Source of the DNA: Klebsormidium nitens
Lineage: Eukaryota; Plantae; Klebsormidiophyceae
DNA: 64,000 nt
Assembly: GCA_000708835.1 (NCBI GenBank)
Contig: DF237020.1
Coordinates: forward strand, 124,001 to 188,000
Direction of reading: 5' to 3'
The position numbers and the translations under genes were made by a program. Positions within the stretch are counted from its first letter, which is position 1, and each line of letters begins with the position of its first letter. Under the pieces are notes generated by a model. The model was not told the origin of the DNA, searched no databases, and worked only from the letters and a program-made list of their open reading frames with translations. Shown here piece by piece: positions 1-12,159 of the stretch.

Positions 1-48
1 GCAATCTCCATCAAACTTTCTTACGTCCGGCTTCCTCCTATTCCACAG

Positions 49-605
49 AACGAGCTATGTCCACAATTCCAGGAGCTGTGACAAAGGACGATTTCTTGCA
101 AAATAGCACGAAGCTTGCGGCCGGGAAGGACGTGGTGGTCACGTACTGCACTGTGGGGATAAGAGGAGGCCGTTTGGCTAAACAAATCAAGGATGCTCAT
201 CCTGACTTGAAAGTGAGATTTGGCGCATAAGGTCATAGTTGATTTTTGTCATAACTTGTTGTAGTGGAGTCTCTGGCAAACTAAAGCAGAGCAACAACCA
301 CTTGAAAGAGGAAAAATGTGAAAGGCTGCACTTTGGACTATCATTGCGTTTGATATGATTCTGGTGACAAATGCGTCCAAAACGATTCTTGAGTTGGACC
401 CTGAGATACTTGAATGAAGTGCTGTTATTGTTTCCTTCCGCAGGTCAAAAATCTTGAAGGTGCCATCATTGCTTGGGCTCATGCAAGCGGGCCCCTTGTG
501 GATGCAAATGGTGCACCCACAAAGACCTTTCACCCTTTTGGGCCCGGAGTGATGAAGTATACACCAAAAGAGAATGGTTATGAAGCCAAACTTGAGGACC
601 AATGA
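49..605 (+). CDS. Rhodanese-like domain protein, last two exons (49-212, 444-605); 5' end lies outside the window
   Basis: The spliced translation reads ERAMSTIPGA...VVTYCTVGIRG...DAHPDLK|VKNLEGAIIAWAH...EDQ*. This contains the rhodanese motifs (H/S)IPGA, the C-x4-R active-site loop and the NLxGG/AxxAW C-terminal motif. Junctions are canonical (cacag|, |gtgag, cgcag|). Confidence 0.8.
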
Positions 606-1541
606 GGACCTTCCGTCCAAGTTGTCCTCTGAAACGGCAAAGTTTTGTACGTAGTGCAATCGACACATGGGTTTGCAAGGTTTTCTTGCGTGAGGGGTAT
701 GTTGAACTGAAATAGAGTAAGTTGTCAACTAGAATGATGTTACTTGATGACAGAGTTGAAACGTGTGTTGGATGCTGTTTAGTTGGCGATTCCCTGTAGC
801 CGGACGTGCGCGTGTTTCAGACTTAAACCCCTTAACTATGCGCACACTTCATTGAACTGAAGGTGGACCTGAAGGTGGACGAAACCATGCAAAAGGCTGC
901 CTGTGATAACATGTGGCTGCTGCCGGTGGGCCGCCATCGTATGGTTTGTTGTGATCACTCGGACACTTATGTGGATCGCAAGTCGCATAGCTGGCGACGG
1001 ATGGAATAGCAGGGCATCGTGCACACGGCCGCGAGCTTTCAAACCTCTGATGCGACGGTGCTATAGAAGATGGTTCCAGCTCCAGAACGGCCATACATTT
1101 CGAGATGAATAGATACTATGATGCATATGGCATGTCCGATCATTTGGAGCGGGCCTAGCTTCGACTGTTTTCGCTGAGTAGTACCTGATTACGAAAAGGA
1201 TCCGGAGACGGCCAATAATAGATGTGTACCTAGAATGCGCAATTATTAAGCCTGCGCAAACTCTGGCTCAAGTGCAGGACACAATTATCATCCAAAAGGG
1301 CACATCGAGAAGGATTGCCGCCGGCACTTTCGTATACTATGCCACTGGTCAGTTGCTGGCATACAAAACTAATGTTCGCATTTATAACCTTTGATGAGTT
1401 CGACGGTTTTACGCATTTTTCGCATGAGCACGTACCGATGCAAGGTGACGCACATGTTGCACGTGCAGGTTTTACTGACAAAATTTTTCGGCTTTCTGTT
1501 CTGTGCGTGCATCCTTAATTTCATTGGTCCTGTCCAGACCA

Positions 1542-4500
1542 TCAAAGCACCCGAACAAAGTGCTGCGGGGGGCTAGCCCCCGTCGACCAGTCTGACTCGT
1601 ATCCTCCTGCGCGGTCGTTCTCCTTGACCATGCTCATCTTCCTCAACTTGCTCATGAGCATGCTTTGAAGGCCTTCCGCATCTTCTTCGGCTTCCTTGTC
1701 GCATCGAGAAGCTTCAACGTCTAAGAAACTCGCCCTTTCCCAACCACCAGCAGTCCCCTCTTGACCGTCGTCTTTCGCTCCGTCATTTGGAAGAGACAAC
1801 CTTTCTTCCTGCTGCGGGAAAACTTGGTCGTCATCCAGAACCGCAGCAGTCCATTCCTCGAGTACTGAAGCGTCCGCCAAACCCTTTTCTTCCAAGCTTC
1901 GCGCTCCTGGAACGACCGACTGCGTTCGACCGTCACCTAAGCCTTCGCCCGCCCTCGAGCCAGAGGCCCACAAGTCATCCTCCATATGCCCGTTGGCGAC
2001 TTCCCCATCTTTCGTTTGCCGTCCGCTTCCCATTCTTGTTTCATTTTCCTGATCTTTCGCAACCGCATCCGATACCCGAGCTCGTGTATCGAGCTGCCAG
2101 TCCCCAAATCCCAGACCCTCAGCGTCCCCGTTAATTCGCTCGCCATCTCGAAACACTTTTCCGTTCGGATGATCCCCCGCCCTTTGCCCTGTGTGCATTT
2201 CCTCCGCTATTGTATCCATCCTTTCCTGCGTCCCCAGCTCCGCTTGTTCTTGCTCGCCTTCCGCCTCGAGCCTCTCTCTAAACTCCTGCATGCCTGCCCC
2301 AGCTTCCCAGTCCTCCCCCAACTCTCGCCCCGTCGGCTCCTGGCGCGCCCCGAAACCCTGCCCGCTCACGGGCAGCGGTCCCCAATAGTCTACCGCGCCG
2401 GCATTCGCCCGTTCATCGACCCCGCGAATCTTTGAGTCCGGTCGCTTTTCAAAACCCTCCGCGCCAGTGGCAGTGGCGCCCCGAGATTCCTGCGTACTTT
2501 CAGCCAGCTGTCCCCACAAGTCCACCAGATTCGCTCCCATCTCTTCGTCAAGCCCCTCCGCACCCGCGTTTTCTAATCCCCACGCATCCAACTTCGCTCG
2601 CTCCTGCAGCACATCCCCGCGCGCGTTTCTGACGTCCTGCGCGCTCCCACCCGTCAGCTCTTCGAAGCCCTGCGCCTCAGAGTCCGGACGCTCACCCAAA
2701 CCCCCCGCGCCTAAACCCCTAAACCCCTGCGCGCTCGCGTGCAGAACGTGCTCCAGCTCCTCCTGACTGATCCGCACCTCCCGCGACGCCGACGAGCGCC
2801 GCCGGGGCGCCGAGAACGTCGTCGCTGACGTCACGGGTGACGCCGCCGCCGCCGGCTCGGTCTCCTTGGCGAACCGCGAGTGGACACGTGGCGACCGGGG
2901 GGGCGTTCGATCAGGGTTGGGCAGGCTATTGCTGTGCAGAATGGAGCGCGCCGGAGTGGGGGTGCTCTGGGCGCGGCCGCGAGTGGTTTCGGCGGAGGGT
3001 TTGGCGCCGTCGGAGACGCGTCGGGTTGTAACGAGGGCCTGGAAGGGAGTTTGAGAAAGAAATAAGAAGCTGTCAAGGGAGAACAGAGTGAGTTTGAAGG
3101 AGAGGACGATAATACCCGTCTTCACTGCTGGATTAAAGCATCAAGTTTCGGTCAAGGACCCTGTGATTTGCCGCAAAGCGAGCCTTTGCGCTGTGGAAGG
3201 CAATGAACATGCAAGAATGCACTCAGGTTCTTGTAAAATACACTCTCTTTGTAAACAACCGTATCACCGCCATTGCAACGCCTGCCTCAAACGTAAAGTC
3301 TCCGAAAATTTTAAGCCCTTCGCTATAGACTTGCCGGTGCTTCTCGAAGCCATAAGTTGGAAGTGCCAGATACGCAAGATGAAAGAGAGCGATGATTTTG
3401 TAATTTTCATGTGTGGTCCTTCAAACAAGTGACGAAAAGAACCGACGCAGCAGGTAATCACCTTTCTCCGTGCGTCCTCTGCGGCCTTCCTCGTCGCCTC
3501 CTCAATCTCCCCGCAAGCGCGCTCAAACATGAAGAGGAACTCTCGCGTCGTCCGACAGATCTTGGGCTCCCGTCCAGCGTCCACCAACTCCCCGAAGTAC
3601 ACCGATAGGTCGCGCATGTCAGCCTCTGCTTTGGCTGCGAGCGCACGCAGGGACGACACCTGCCAGGGTTTCGGGGTTTAGGGAAATAGCGAGGTTTGAA
3701 ATCGGCCCGCCTCTGCCTTGGCCGCGAGAGCTCGCGCACAGGGACGACACCTGCCAGGGTTTCAGGGTTTGGCGAAGTAACAAGAGTTATGGGATATTAG
3801 GTCAGCCTCCGTCTTGGCCGCGAGCGCGCGCGCAAGGACGAACCCTGCCAGGTTCTCAGAACCTAGCGGCCTACCCTCTGAACAGACTTCCTTTCTCCCC
3901 TTTCATCGAGCTTCGTCCTCGATAGACACCTGCTTCGTCAGAGACCTCCCATATATGAGAGCAGCTTTCGTTGGAAGCTTTCAAGACTCGGGCCACGGCA
4001 AGGTCGTTCACTTAAAAACCTGCATCGAGTTTGCCTCGCTGCTCATCTCATTTGCGGGATCAAGCGGCTTCAAAACTGGCCGTATTCATGCTTTTCTCCT
4101 TTGGGGCGACACAGGAACAAGTGACAGGGGAAACGAGAAGCGCAGTCGGCTCCTTCAGTACATTGCACATGGTCCACTCTGCCAACCCACCCCGCAGCCC
4201 CTCACCTCTTCCTCCGCCTTGTCCGAGAACTGCGCCATGACGTCAGCGAAGCGGTCATCCTCCCGGGGACCCTCCTCCGACAGCACCGACGCCTTGAGCC
4301 CCTCTTCCTGGACGGTCACGAGTCCCTTCTCTAGTTCGGTGATCGCGGAGGCGATGGAGTCCAGGCTCAGGTTCGCGGCGACCTTCACGCTGGCCAGCTC
4401 CGCCGAGAGTCGCCCGATCCCGGGGTCCTGCTTCAGGAGCTCACCCACCACAAAGTGCAGTAGGCTGCAAGAGAGGTGTGCAGTTTGAGTAACCTGCAGG

Positions 4501-7500
4501 CTCGATCCACATAGATGATGACTACTGGTTTTTCCCTGACCACACTTTCTCCTTTCTTCTTGTCTGCAAGTTTACATTCTCATTGGCCGGCTGAATGTGG
4601 ATCCACTTCAACCTTTTGTTCAAGCCTTTGATTCGTAACATCGATTGACCTGTTATCCATGGGCCCAATCTTTCGTCCCGCTCTTTTCTTCCAAGCACAC
4701 TATGGCCGCAAAAACGGTGCATAGAAAGGAACAAACACGGCTCAATACATCGATACAAATACTAATAATTTCCTGTACGGCAAGCAGCGCCAAGCGGGCA
4801 TGGAACGGAAGAGGCTGCCAAAAGTAACTGTGAGCTTCTCCGAGCAGAGCACTGACTCTCCGAACCATGCAAACCGCCCACCTCGTTTTCTTGTCCGAGC
4901 CCTTGACGTCCATCAGCTTCAGAAGCGCATCCAGCTTGAACCCGGTGGCCTGACCCCGGTAGGTACCGCCGTTCAGGTGGTTCCCGACCGCCAGGACCGC
5001 CTCCAGAATGCGCACGAAGCCCTTGCTGCCGCGCAGGTCGTGGTGCGCTTTCGACAGCAAGTCCAGCTCCCGCCTGGAAAAGGGGTTGGGCCATGGTTGA
5101 GAATGACCGAAAAGATACTCTAGACAGACTCAATTCCGGACGAGCTATGCAGCATCCAGGAAAGTGCTATTTCTTGTACGGAGCAAACACGGCTCCGCGC
5201 ACGATCTGCGCTAGAACGTAGGGAATGACATTTAGCGGTTGCGTCTAAATGACGCTTCAGTCGGGTCCCAACAATGTAGACCTCTTGCGCATGCGGCCAG
5301 TCGCGCGTACGCGCAAGTTAGATTGGCTTCCAAAGAACCGGCATCAAGCCTGCTTTCCTATGACCAAACTCGCTGAACGACGAATCAACATGGAAAGCAA
5401 ACGTGTACGCAAGCAACAAATAACCCAAGTCCGCCAAGCAGCCCCCGCTTCGAACCGTATTTCGCCGAGCTGTCACGTTGATGCGCTACAAACGTTTTCC
5501 GCTCTCTCCCTCCACTTCGACCTCGGCAGGCTGTGGAAGCCTCAGTATATGCGCTCCGCCGAGCTGACGTAGCGCTTCCTGACCAGCAACACTTGGATAC
5601 GCTCCAAAACCTTCTCCTTCACTCTGGTTCGACCTTCGCAAGTCGCAACTTCCCCATTGTATGAGCTGACGTACTGCTCGTTGACCAGCAGCACTTTGAC
5701 GCTACAAGACTTCTAGCCCCCTCTATAGTCCAGAATCTGCGGCGAAGTCCTCACCGTACGCGCTCCGCCGAGCTGGCGTACTGCACAGTTATAAGGTGCA
5801 CTTTGATGCGCTCCAAAAATTCTCCCTTTATCCAATTAAATTCTCGCAAGCCGCTTATCTCTAACCGTGTGCGCTCCGCCGAGCTGGCGTACTGCCCTTA
5901 ACGAGCGACACTTTTTACGCTCCAGAAGTTTCTCCCTCTCTCTAGGTCAACTTCCGCAAGCTGCGGATTCCAGGAAGGTAGTTGTTCCGCCGAGCTGGGT
6001 ACTGCTCCTTGACCAGGGGCACATTTATACGCTCTCAAAAATGTTCCCTCTCTTTAGTTCGACTTCTGCAAGCCGTAGATCTCTCACCGTATGCGCTCCG
6101 CCGAGCTAGCGTACTGCTCCTTGACGAGCAGCACTTTGATGCGCTCCCCCAGGCGCGGCACGTCCATGACCTCCAGGAAGAAGCGCTCCGCCGTGCCTAG
6201 TTGCTCCACGTCGCCCGTGTACGCCTTCAGTAGGGCCACCTGCAGGCAGTCCAAAAGGTTTGGCTCAGACTATCAGGACCGGAGATGTTTGAAGTTCTTG
6301 GCTTCCAGGTTTTGGGTTTCGAGGCTGGGAGCGAGGTTCTGCCAAGGGGTGGAGGAGCGCCGGCGGATAAGAGATAGAACAAAGGAGTCAGACCAGACGG
6401 GTTCCAGCTTTTGGACACGAGTGAGGAAGAAGCTAAAATTCCAGATAGGGAGTTTTCAAAAGAGCAGGGAATATACTGAGAAAGAAGGTGATAGATAGAA
6501 AGGGAAAGGATGAAGGGGCAGATGCATCTTCGAACTCAAACGACCTTGTCGTGAAGGCTACTGTGGGACGGCAGCCAGATCCAGTGGGAAAGAGGCAAAG
6601 AGAGGCTTGAGCAACACATTGTAAGAAGAAGGGCGAGCCGAATCGAACGAAGCCTAAAGAATCTGCACTTTTTGATAAGTGCAGTCGCACTCCCTGGCGG
6701 ATTTTAAGCAATTCTGCACCAAGTCTAAGACCGTTACAGTCGATTCCAAAGCGGCGTCCAGTCAGCGAGGACAGCATAATCACATACCTCCGCGTCCGTT
6801 GGCACGGCCCGGTCCAGGACGCCCAGGATCTCCGCCGTGAGAATGCTCTCGTCCATCGACAGGAGCGCCTTCCGGGTCTCCGAAACGGGCCGCCGCACGC
6901 CCTTCAATTGAATGCTGATGTTGTGCGCGCGCTTCAGGTCGATCAGCTGCACGGCGCGCGTGCGCGCGCTCACAGAGCCGCGCGCCTTCGCGGGCGGCGC
7001 CTCCTTGAGCGCGAAGAGCGACTCGAGCTGCTGGAAGTCGAGGCTGACGTCACCCGCGTTCGCCTGGTCCCAGACGGTATTCCCCGTGTCGCGACTCGAG
7101 AGCTTGTCCCAGTGAAGCGCCTTCATGCGGATGCGTTTCGGGGGGGGTGGTGGGGGCGCCTTCAGCCCGCCTGTTAGGCCTGCGCAGGCGGGGGGTTGGT
7201 GGTTTCAAAGGTCGATTCGTTTGGAAATGCTAACAATGGAGCTACCTGAAAAAGTGTGATCTCCCTTTTGTTTGCAAGCTTTTTCTGGTCGCTCCAAGAA
7301 GAAAGCTTAAGCGCACATCTTCAGTGTCAGAGGCGAACGGCGCTTCAGGGGCTGAGGTTGAGGACCGGCCTTGAATGGTGTCGTTTTAGATAGTAATCTA
7401 CCCGGGCAGGCGAGTATCATAAATGTCTTCAGTGCGTTACAAGTTCAAGAAAGAAATGGAAGTAGAAGACACACAACAACGGTTTTAATGGCAATGGCTG

Positions 7501-10500
7501 TTAAGGCTATCTCGAAGTGATTGCAAGCGGCCTCTTCCTTTCTCTCTGTATCGGCCGCTCGTAACCGAGCCCGACATGCGCACCTGATGGGGACGGCGGT
7601 GCGGGCGGGCCCTTCCCTTTTGGCGGGGGGGGCGGCGGGGGGGGTTTCGGGGCAGCTGACGGTGGGGGAGGAGGGGGGGGTGGAGGCGGCGGCGGCGGCG
7701 GCGCTGACGGCGGGGGGGGCAGGGGCGCTTTCGGTGAGGAAGGAGGACTTTTGGCTGACGTGGCAGTTTTGGATCTGACGTCCTGAGCCCCCTTCTTGGG
7801 GGGCGACCGTGCACGGTTTGACCGGGGGGTCTTAGGCCGATCGGGGGACTTCGACCGACCCCACCGGTAGGTGGTAGAGTGGTCGGGGGAAGCGGAGCGG
7901 CCCCCCCGGTTGGTACCGGAGCGATCAGGAGACGGGGAGCGGCCTCCCCGGGGGGAGGGCTCATCGTCGCTATCTTCTCTCCGCCTCGAGGAAGGCTTCG
8001 AGTACAGCGAAAACTGCGGCCGCGCCTCTTTCCTCTGCACGCCTCTCTCCGGGGACCGCAGGCTGCTGGCAAAGCGGGAGCCCGGGTCCTTCCCCCGGTC
8101 CTGCGAACTGTCCGAATCCGATTCCGCAAAGTAGATTCCTGATCTGCCCTGCCCTCCCTGGGGGGCAGCTCTAGCCCCCGTTGAGACCCCCCCGTGAGGG
8201 TTTCGCCTCGGACTTCCGCGCTCGGAAGTGTGAAAGCTGTGGCTCGAGTGCGCGGCCGGCTTGTGGGGGCGGCTCGAGTAGCCGCCCGATCGAGGGGTTC
8301 CCCCTAAGCCCAGCGCTCTGTCCGGGGAGAACGACCGGTAACTTCGCAATCCGCTGCCCAAACTTGACGTAGTCTCCTGCCCTGAAAGCTCTCCGCTGCT
8401 GGCCCTAGGAGGCTCCCGGGCCGATTGATGGAACGCAGGCGCTTGTTTGGAGGTGCTGACTTTCATGCTTGATCCAAGATCGGCTCTGCTCGGCCCCGTC
8501 TCCGTTAACTTCCTTCCCGGCCCCGCCTGTCCCAACCTGTCCTGGCTTTGGCCGGAAAGAGATGCTACAGCGGTGATTGACTGGCTGGACTCTCCTGGAG
8601 CGTCGGACCTGTACGGGAAAGAAGAAGCTTGAGCTCTTAAAATTCACTTTGGCAAACTTGATCTACATTGAGGAACATCAGTGCTACAGTTCCTGTAGAG
8701 TCGAGCTTCAGCGCAAGCCCTTCTCATTTTCCAGTTCGCCTACTCTCACTCTAGGCTCGAATCAAAGTTACTCAGCAACCCTCGCTCATAGCGCCACTTC
8801 TGAGAGCTCCCCTCACAAAGCTTGGAGTTCTCGAAGTACCCAACGCATGGTATGAAGCACTCTTTCGTCTTTCGAGCGTATCGTTGAATAGTCGACACTC
8901 ACTCTGCCAGCTCGAAGTCCTTCTCTACCCAATCGCCTTTGCTCTTCCGCTTGAGCGTCCTGATTTTAGCGTACTTCTGGACGTAGGACGATTTCCAGGG
9001 GGCCCCCCTTTCCGTGCGACTTGCCGGCAAAGGCATACCGTCCGACTGGCCAGTGCTTGGCAGACCGCCCTTTTCCGCCGCTTCCTCGGCCAAGAGCGTG
9101 TCTAGGTTTTCGAGCTCGGTTGCAATCTGGAGATTGAGGTACTCCTCTATGGACAGAGAGACCGCTTCTCTGGTTGCTGAGCTACTACCTGACTGGGGGC
9201 TGGGCTCGGCCTCTCCCTGCGTGCTGAGAGCGTCCCGGATTGGACTGATGATTGGTTTCACGACATGTTTACCTACGTCAGCTTGTGCTTCTGTTTCGAC
9301 CCTAATTTGACTGCTGTCGCTTGGCTGTTCCTTGAGCGGAGTCTGGCTCGACTCTGACCCTAAAATTTGACTTTGTGGACTGTGCTGGCCCTCGTCACTG
9401 CTAGGCGAGCCGGCGGTCTTTCTACTACTAGGGGCTTCGACCTGCATCCTGCCCGACGTTCTTGACACCCGCCCACTCATCACGTCTCTCGCCAGCACGC
9501 CCTCAAACGACTCATCTCCACTCAACCTGTAAGCTTCTTTCTCAAACTCCCTGCTTCCGTTGCTCGACACTGCAGCCCGCGGCACACCCTGTAACCCGTT
9601 TTCCCTCTCCCACTTCTCTCCAGGGTTCGGAATCTTGGGAATGGCAGTCAACGCCAGCGCTGCTAGGACTTTATTGCTCGTGAGAGACTTGCTCGACGTA
9701 GAGGGGGCGAACCGTCTCTGGAGTGAGGGCGACCCGCTCCTTGGTTTCGGATGGTCCTCTTTGGAGCCCCCCATCTGGTACACTGTCTTCCTTCTGTCCA
9801 AGTCGCGACGCCCCTGTGCCGGACTGAAACCCAACTGCAACGACTGCTTTGCCAGTTCCCTGAGGTCAACTGCACCATCCGACTTTGCCGTAGGCCTCGA
9901 GCCGCCTGACGGGGGTGTCAGACTTCGACCAGGAACAGAAATCGGCGCCAAGCTTGCTGCCATGTCCGAGTCGGGGTGCACTTTACCAAGGCGCTTCGGA
10001 TTTGCCGTCACTGTCGTTTGGCTACTCTTCACCTGTGCCCCGAACTTCTCTGCCACGTCGGTGTCCCGGCTGGCAGACACTCTGCCGCCCCGCATCGGGT
10101 CAACAGACTCCCGACTTTCTCGGATGATGCGCGCTGCTTCGTAGGCCCCCGGGCTGGGGGGGGGCACGTGCTGGCTGCCAGGAGCCCCCCCGGCACGCCA
10201 GCCGGCCAGGTTGCGCATCTTGGTCACGCTGGAGGCCACAATGGCAGTGGACTTGAAAGAAAAGCGCCGTTTCTTGAATAGCTCGGGGGCCTCCTCGAGG
10301 AGGAGCGACATCACGCTGGCAGACTTGAGCTTCTCGATGTCGGGGTTTCTGTATTGAAAAGATAGAGTTCTGCTCAGAAAAGACAGAACGAGGAATGCGG
10401 AGAGGTTCTACACAAGGGAAGCAAGAGGGGGGTCGAATCTGATGGTGCCATTAACTTGAAAGTCAAGATTCATCATTGGCTGAAGGGAAGGGTAATGGCG

Positions 10501-11380
10501 AGATGACCACCAACAACACGTGCTTCAAGACCTCATCACAGTTGGGGATAAGGCAATTCAACGATTTAGAACCATGCAGAAAGCATGGTGGAAAAGACCT
10601 CCAATGCAATGTAGCTGCTACTCACCCCAGTCCTGTATTCGTTGCGGTCTCAAATTGCAGCAGCACAGGCCCGAAGAGTGCTGCCAGCAGGCCTTTTGGA
10701 TGGGTCAACTGAACAGATCTCAGCAGAGTGACCAGCTTTTTGAGCAGCTGATAGTGACCGTCAGGGAGCTCGTGCAGGAGCATCCTTGTTGCCCAAAGCC
10801 GAGTCCGCCTCTCTGGAATTACTGCAAACCCGCAACTCGGTTCAGTTGCGATCAATTTCAGGGGTAAGCATTGGTCACTAGTCTTTGAGAAGCATGCTCA
10901 AAATTCTGATTAAAATGCACTTTTTCCCGATGCCACCTAAAGCTGTACATAGTCAATCAGGCCTTCAACCTTACAAACCAATCTGCAGCTATGCTGACTT
11001 GATATCTGCAGCACGGTTGGCTACCAATGAGAATGCTTTGAAAAAAGAAGAGAATCTTCAGTCAGGAGCTCACATGTTGCGCTTGTGAGAGGCTGGTGAA
11101 TTGCATGAAGCAAAGGTTCCTCCAATGCCAGAAAGAGTTGCATCAGCAAACTGGCCGTGAGGTATGGATCATCTTTAAGGAGTGGTGAATCGTAAGCTGC
11201 CTGCTCTTCTAAGACCAGTCTCCTTCGAAGCTCCGTGACAGTTTCTCCACCCTTGACCTTGAGAAAGAGACCCTCTCTTAGTGCACCGTATTTCAGAAGA
11301 GACTCGATGACTGTGCTGATTGTCTCCATTGCAAGGCGTTGAAAACTCCCAGCGCTTCTCCTGATCTTGCCAGGAGTCAT
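1542..11380 (-). CDS. Class III-type formin: RhoGAP-like N-terminus, long low-complexity region, FH1 polyproline, FH2, acidic C-terminal tail; multi-exon, start codon uncertain
   Basis: FH2 motifs are KRIRMKALHWDKL...VW (7126), AHNISIQL, GTAERFFLEVMDVPRLGERI (exon 6088-6239), ILEAVLAVGNHLNGGTYRGQATGFKLDALLKLMDVK (5060-4882) and TLLHFVV. The FH1 poly-Pro tract is at ~7600-7735. RhoGAP-like motifs are GALREGLFLK, DPYLTASLLMQLFLALEEPLL (11380-11100) and LLHELPDGHYQLLKKL...LAALFGPVLL (10622-10855). Confidence 0.88.
3629..3865 (-). repeat. Three tandem copies (~91-94 bp period) of a formin acceptor site plus exon start; only the copy at 3659 is the real exon
   Basis: The motif ttggc(c/t)gcgag...gc(a)(a/g)ggacga(c/a)(a/c)cctgccagg recurs, with the minus-strand acceptor (plus-strand ctg) at 3660, 3751 and 3845. 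Confidence 0.85.
5549..6150 (-). repeat. About five decayed tandem copies (~100-120 bp period) of the 3' end and donor site of formin exon 6088-6239
   Basis: The motif gcgctccgccgagctg/a-cgtactg...cact(t)tga..cgctcc occurs at ~5549, ~5660 (partial), ~5757, ~5869, ~5987 and in the real exon at 6091. Confidence 0.88.
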
Positions 11381-12159
11381 GCAACGGAGGCAAACCCGTC
11401 TCTATCAGGTGAACCGGGATATGACTGCGTGCTCCTCTTGCTCAACTGTCTTCGATGTCGCTTCATTCTGGCAGACTAATTCGAATGAACATTTCCTTCC
11501 CATTAAATGCGCCATGGAAAAACACAAATTGACATCTATCAAATGTTGTCAGGAATGTAATCCAGCACTCGTGCCTCTGACTCGAAGATACAGAACTTCA
11601 AGTTCAAGTTCAAGAAGGCGCCAGTAAAACATCAGGCTGGAGCGAAACCCTAAAATGGCTGGCGTTCCAATCTACGAGTTTGAACGAAACGGGCAGGGCA
11701 AGTTACACCAGAAACGAATTATCGGCCGTTCGATGTTGTAATTTGGAGGGCATCGACGGCACTAAAGACTGTTGAGGAGCACTGGGGTAGGAAGATTACC
11801 AGGGCGTAACACGCTATTGTCTACTCCAGGGCAGCTAGAGCCTCAGGCTTTAGTCTAGAGGCTGACCATCCCCCTTTAAGGCTTCATGCTTCAGCCTCAG
11901 GAGGAGAGCAGCATCATGGCGGCTGCAAGGCGGCCACGAGCAACTACGTAGTGATCAGCATGCAGAAAGGAAAAGCACGACATGTGATCCATGGCTCCAT
12001 CAACGTGAAGTGTCATTGAAATCCGGTTTTGGCTAACAAAGTGGCGTGCAAATCTGAGATAGCTGGCTTCAATGGAGCTGCATCGTGTGTCCCAACCCGC
12101 ATCCTGGGATATGGAACGTGCAACTTTGAGTTTTTGTTTCCTCTAAGTCCCCAACAAAG

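Noticed and set aside
5549-6150. CRISPR-like appearance of the repeat/spacer arrays (also 15030-15625)
   Set aside because: The context is eukaryotic, the units are degenerate, the spacers are homologous to each other, the repeats derive from adjacent exons, and no cas genes are present.
7600-7735. G-rich run and ggc microsatellite
   Set aside because: It is explained by the FH1 polyproline codons of the formin on the minus strand.
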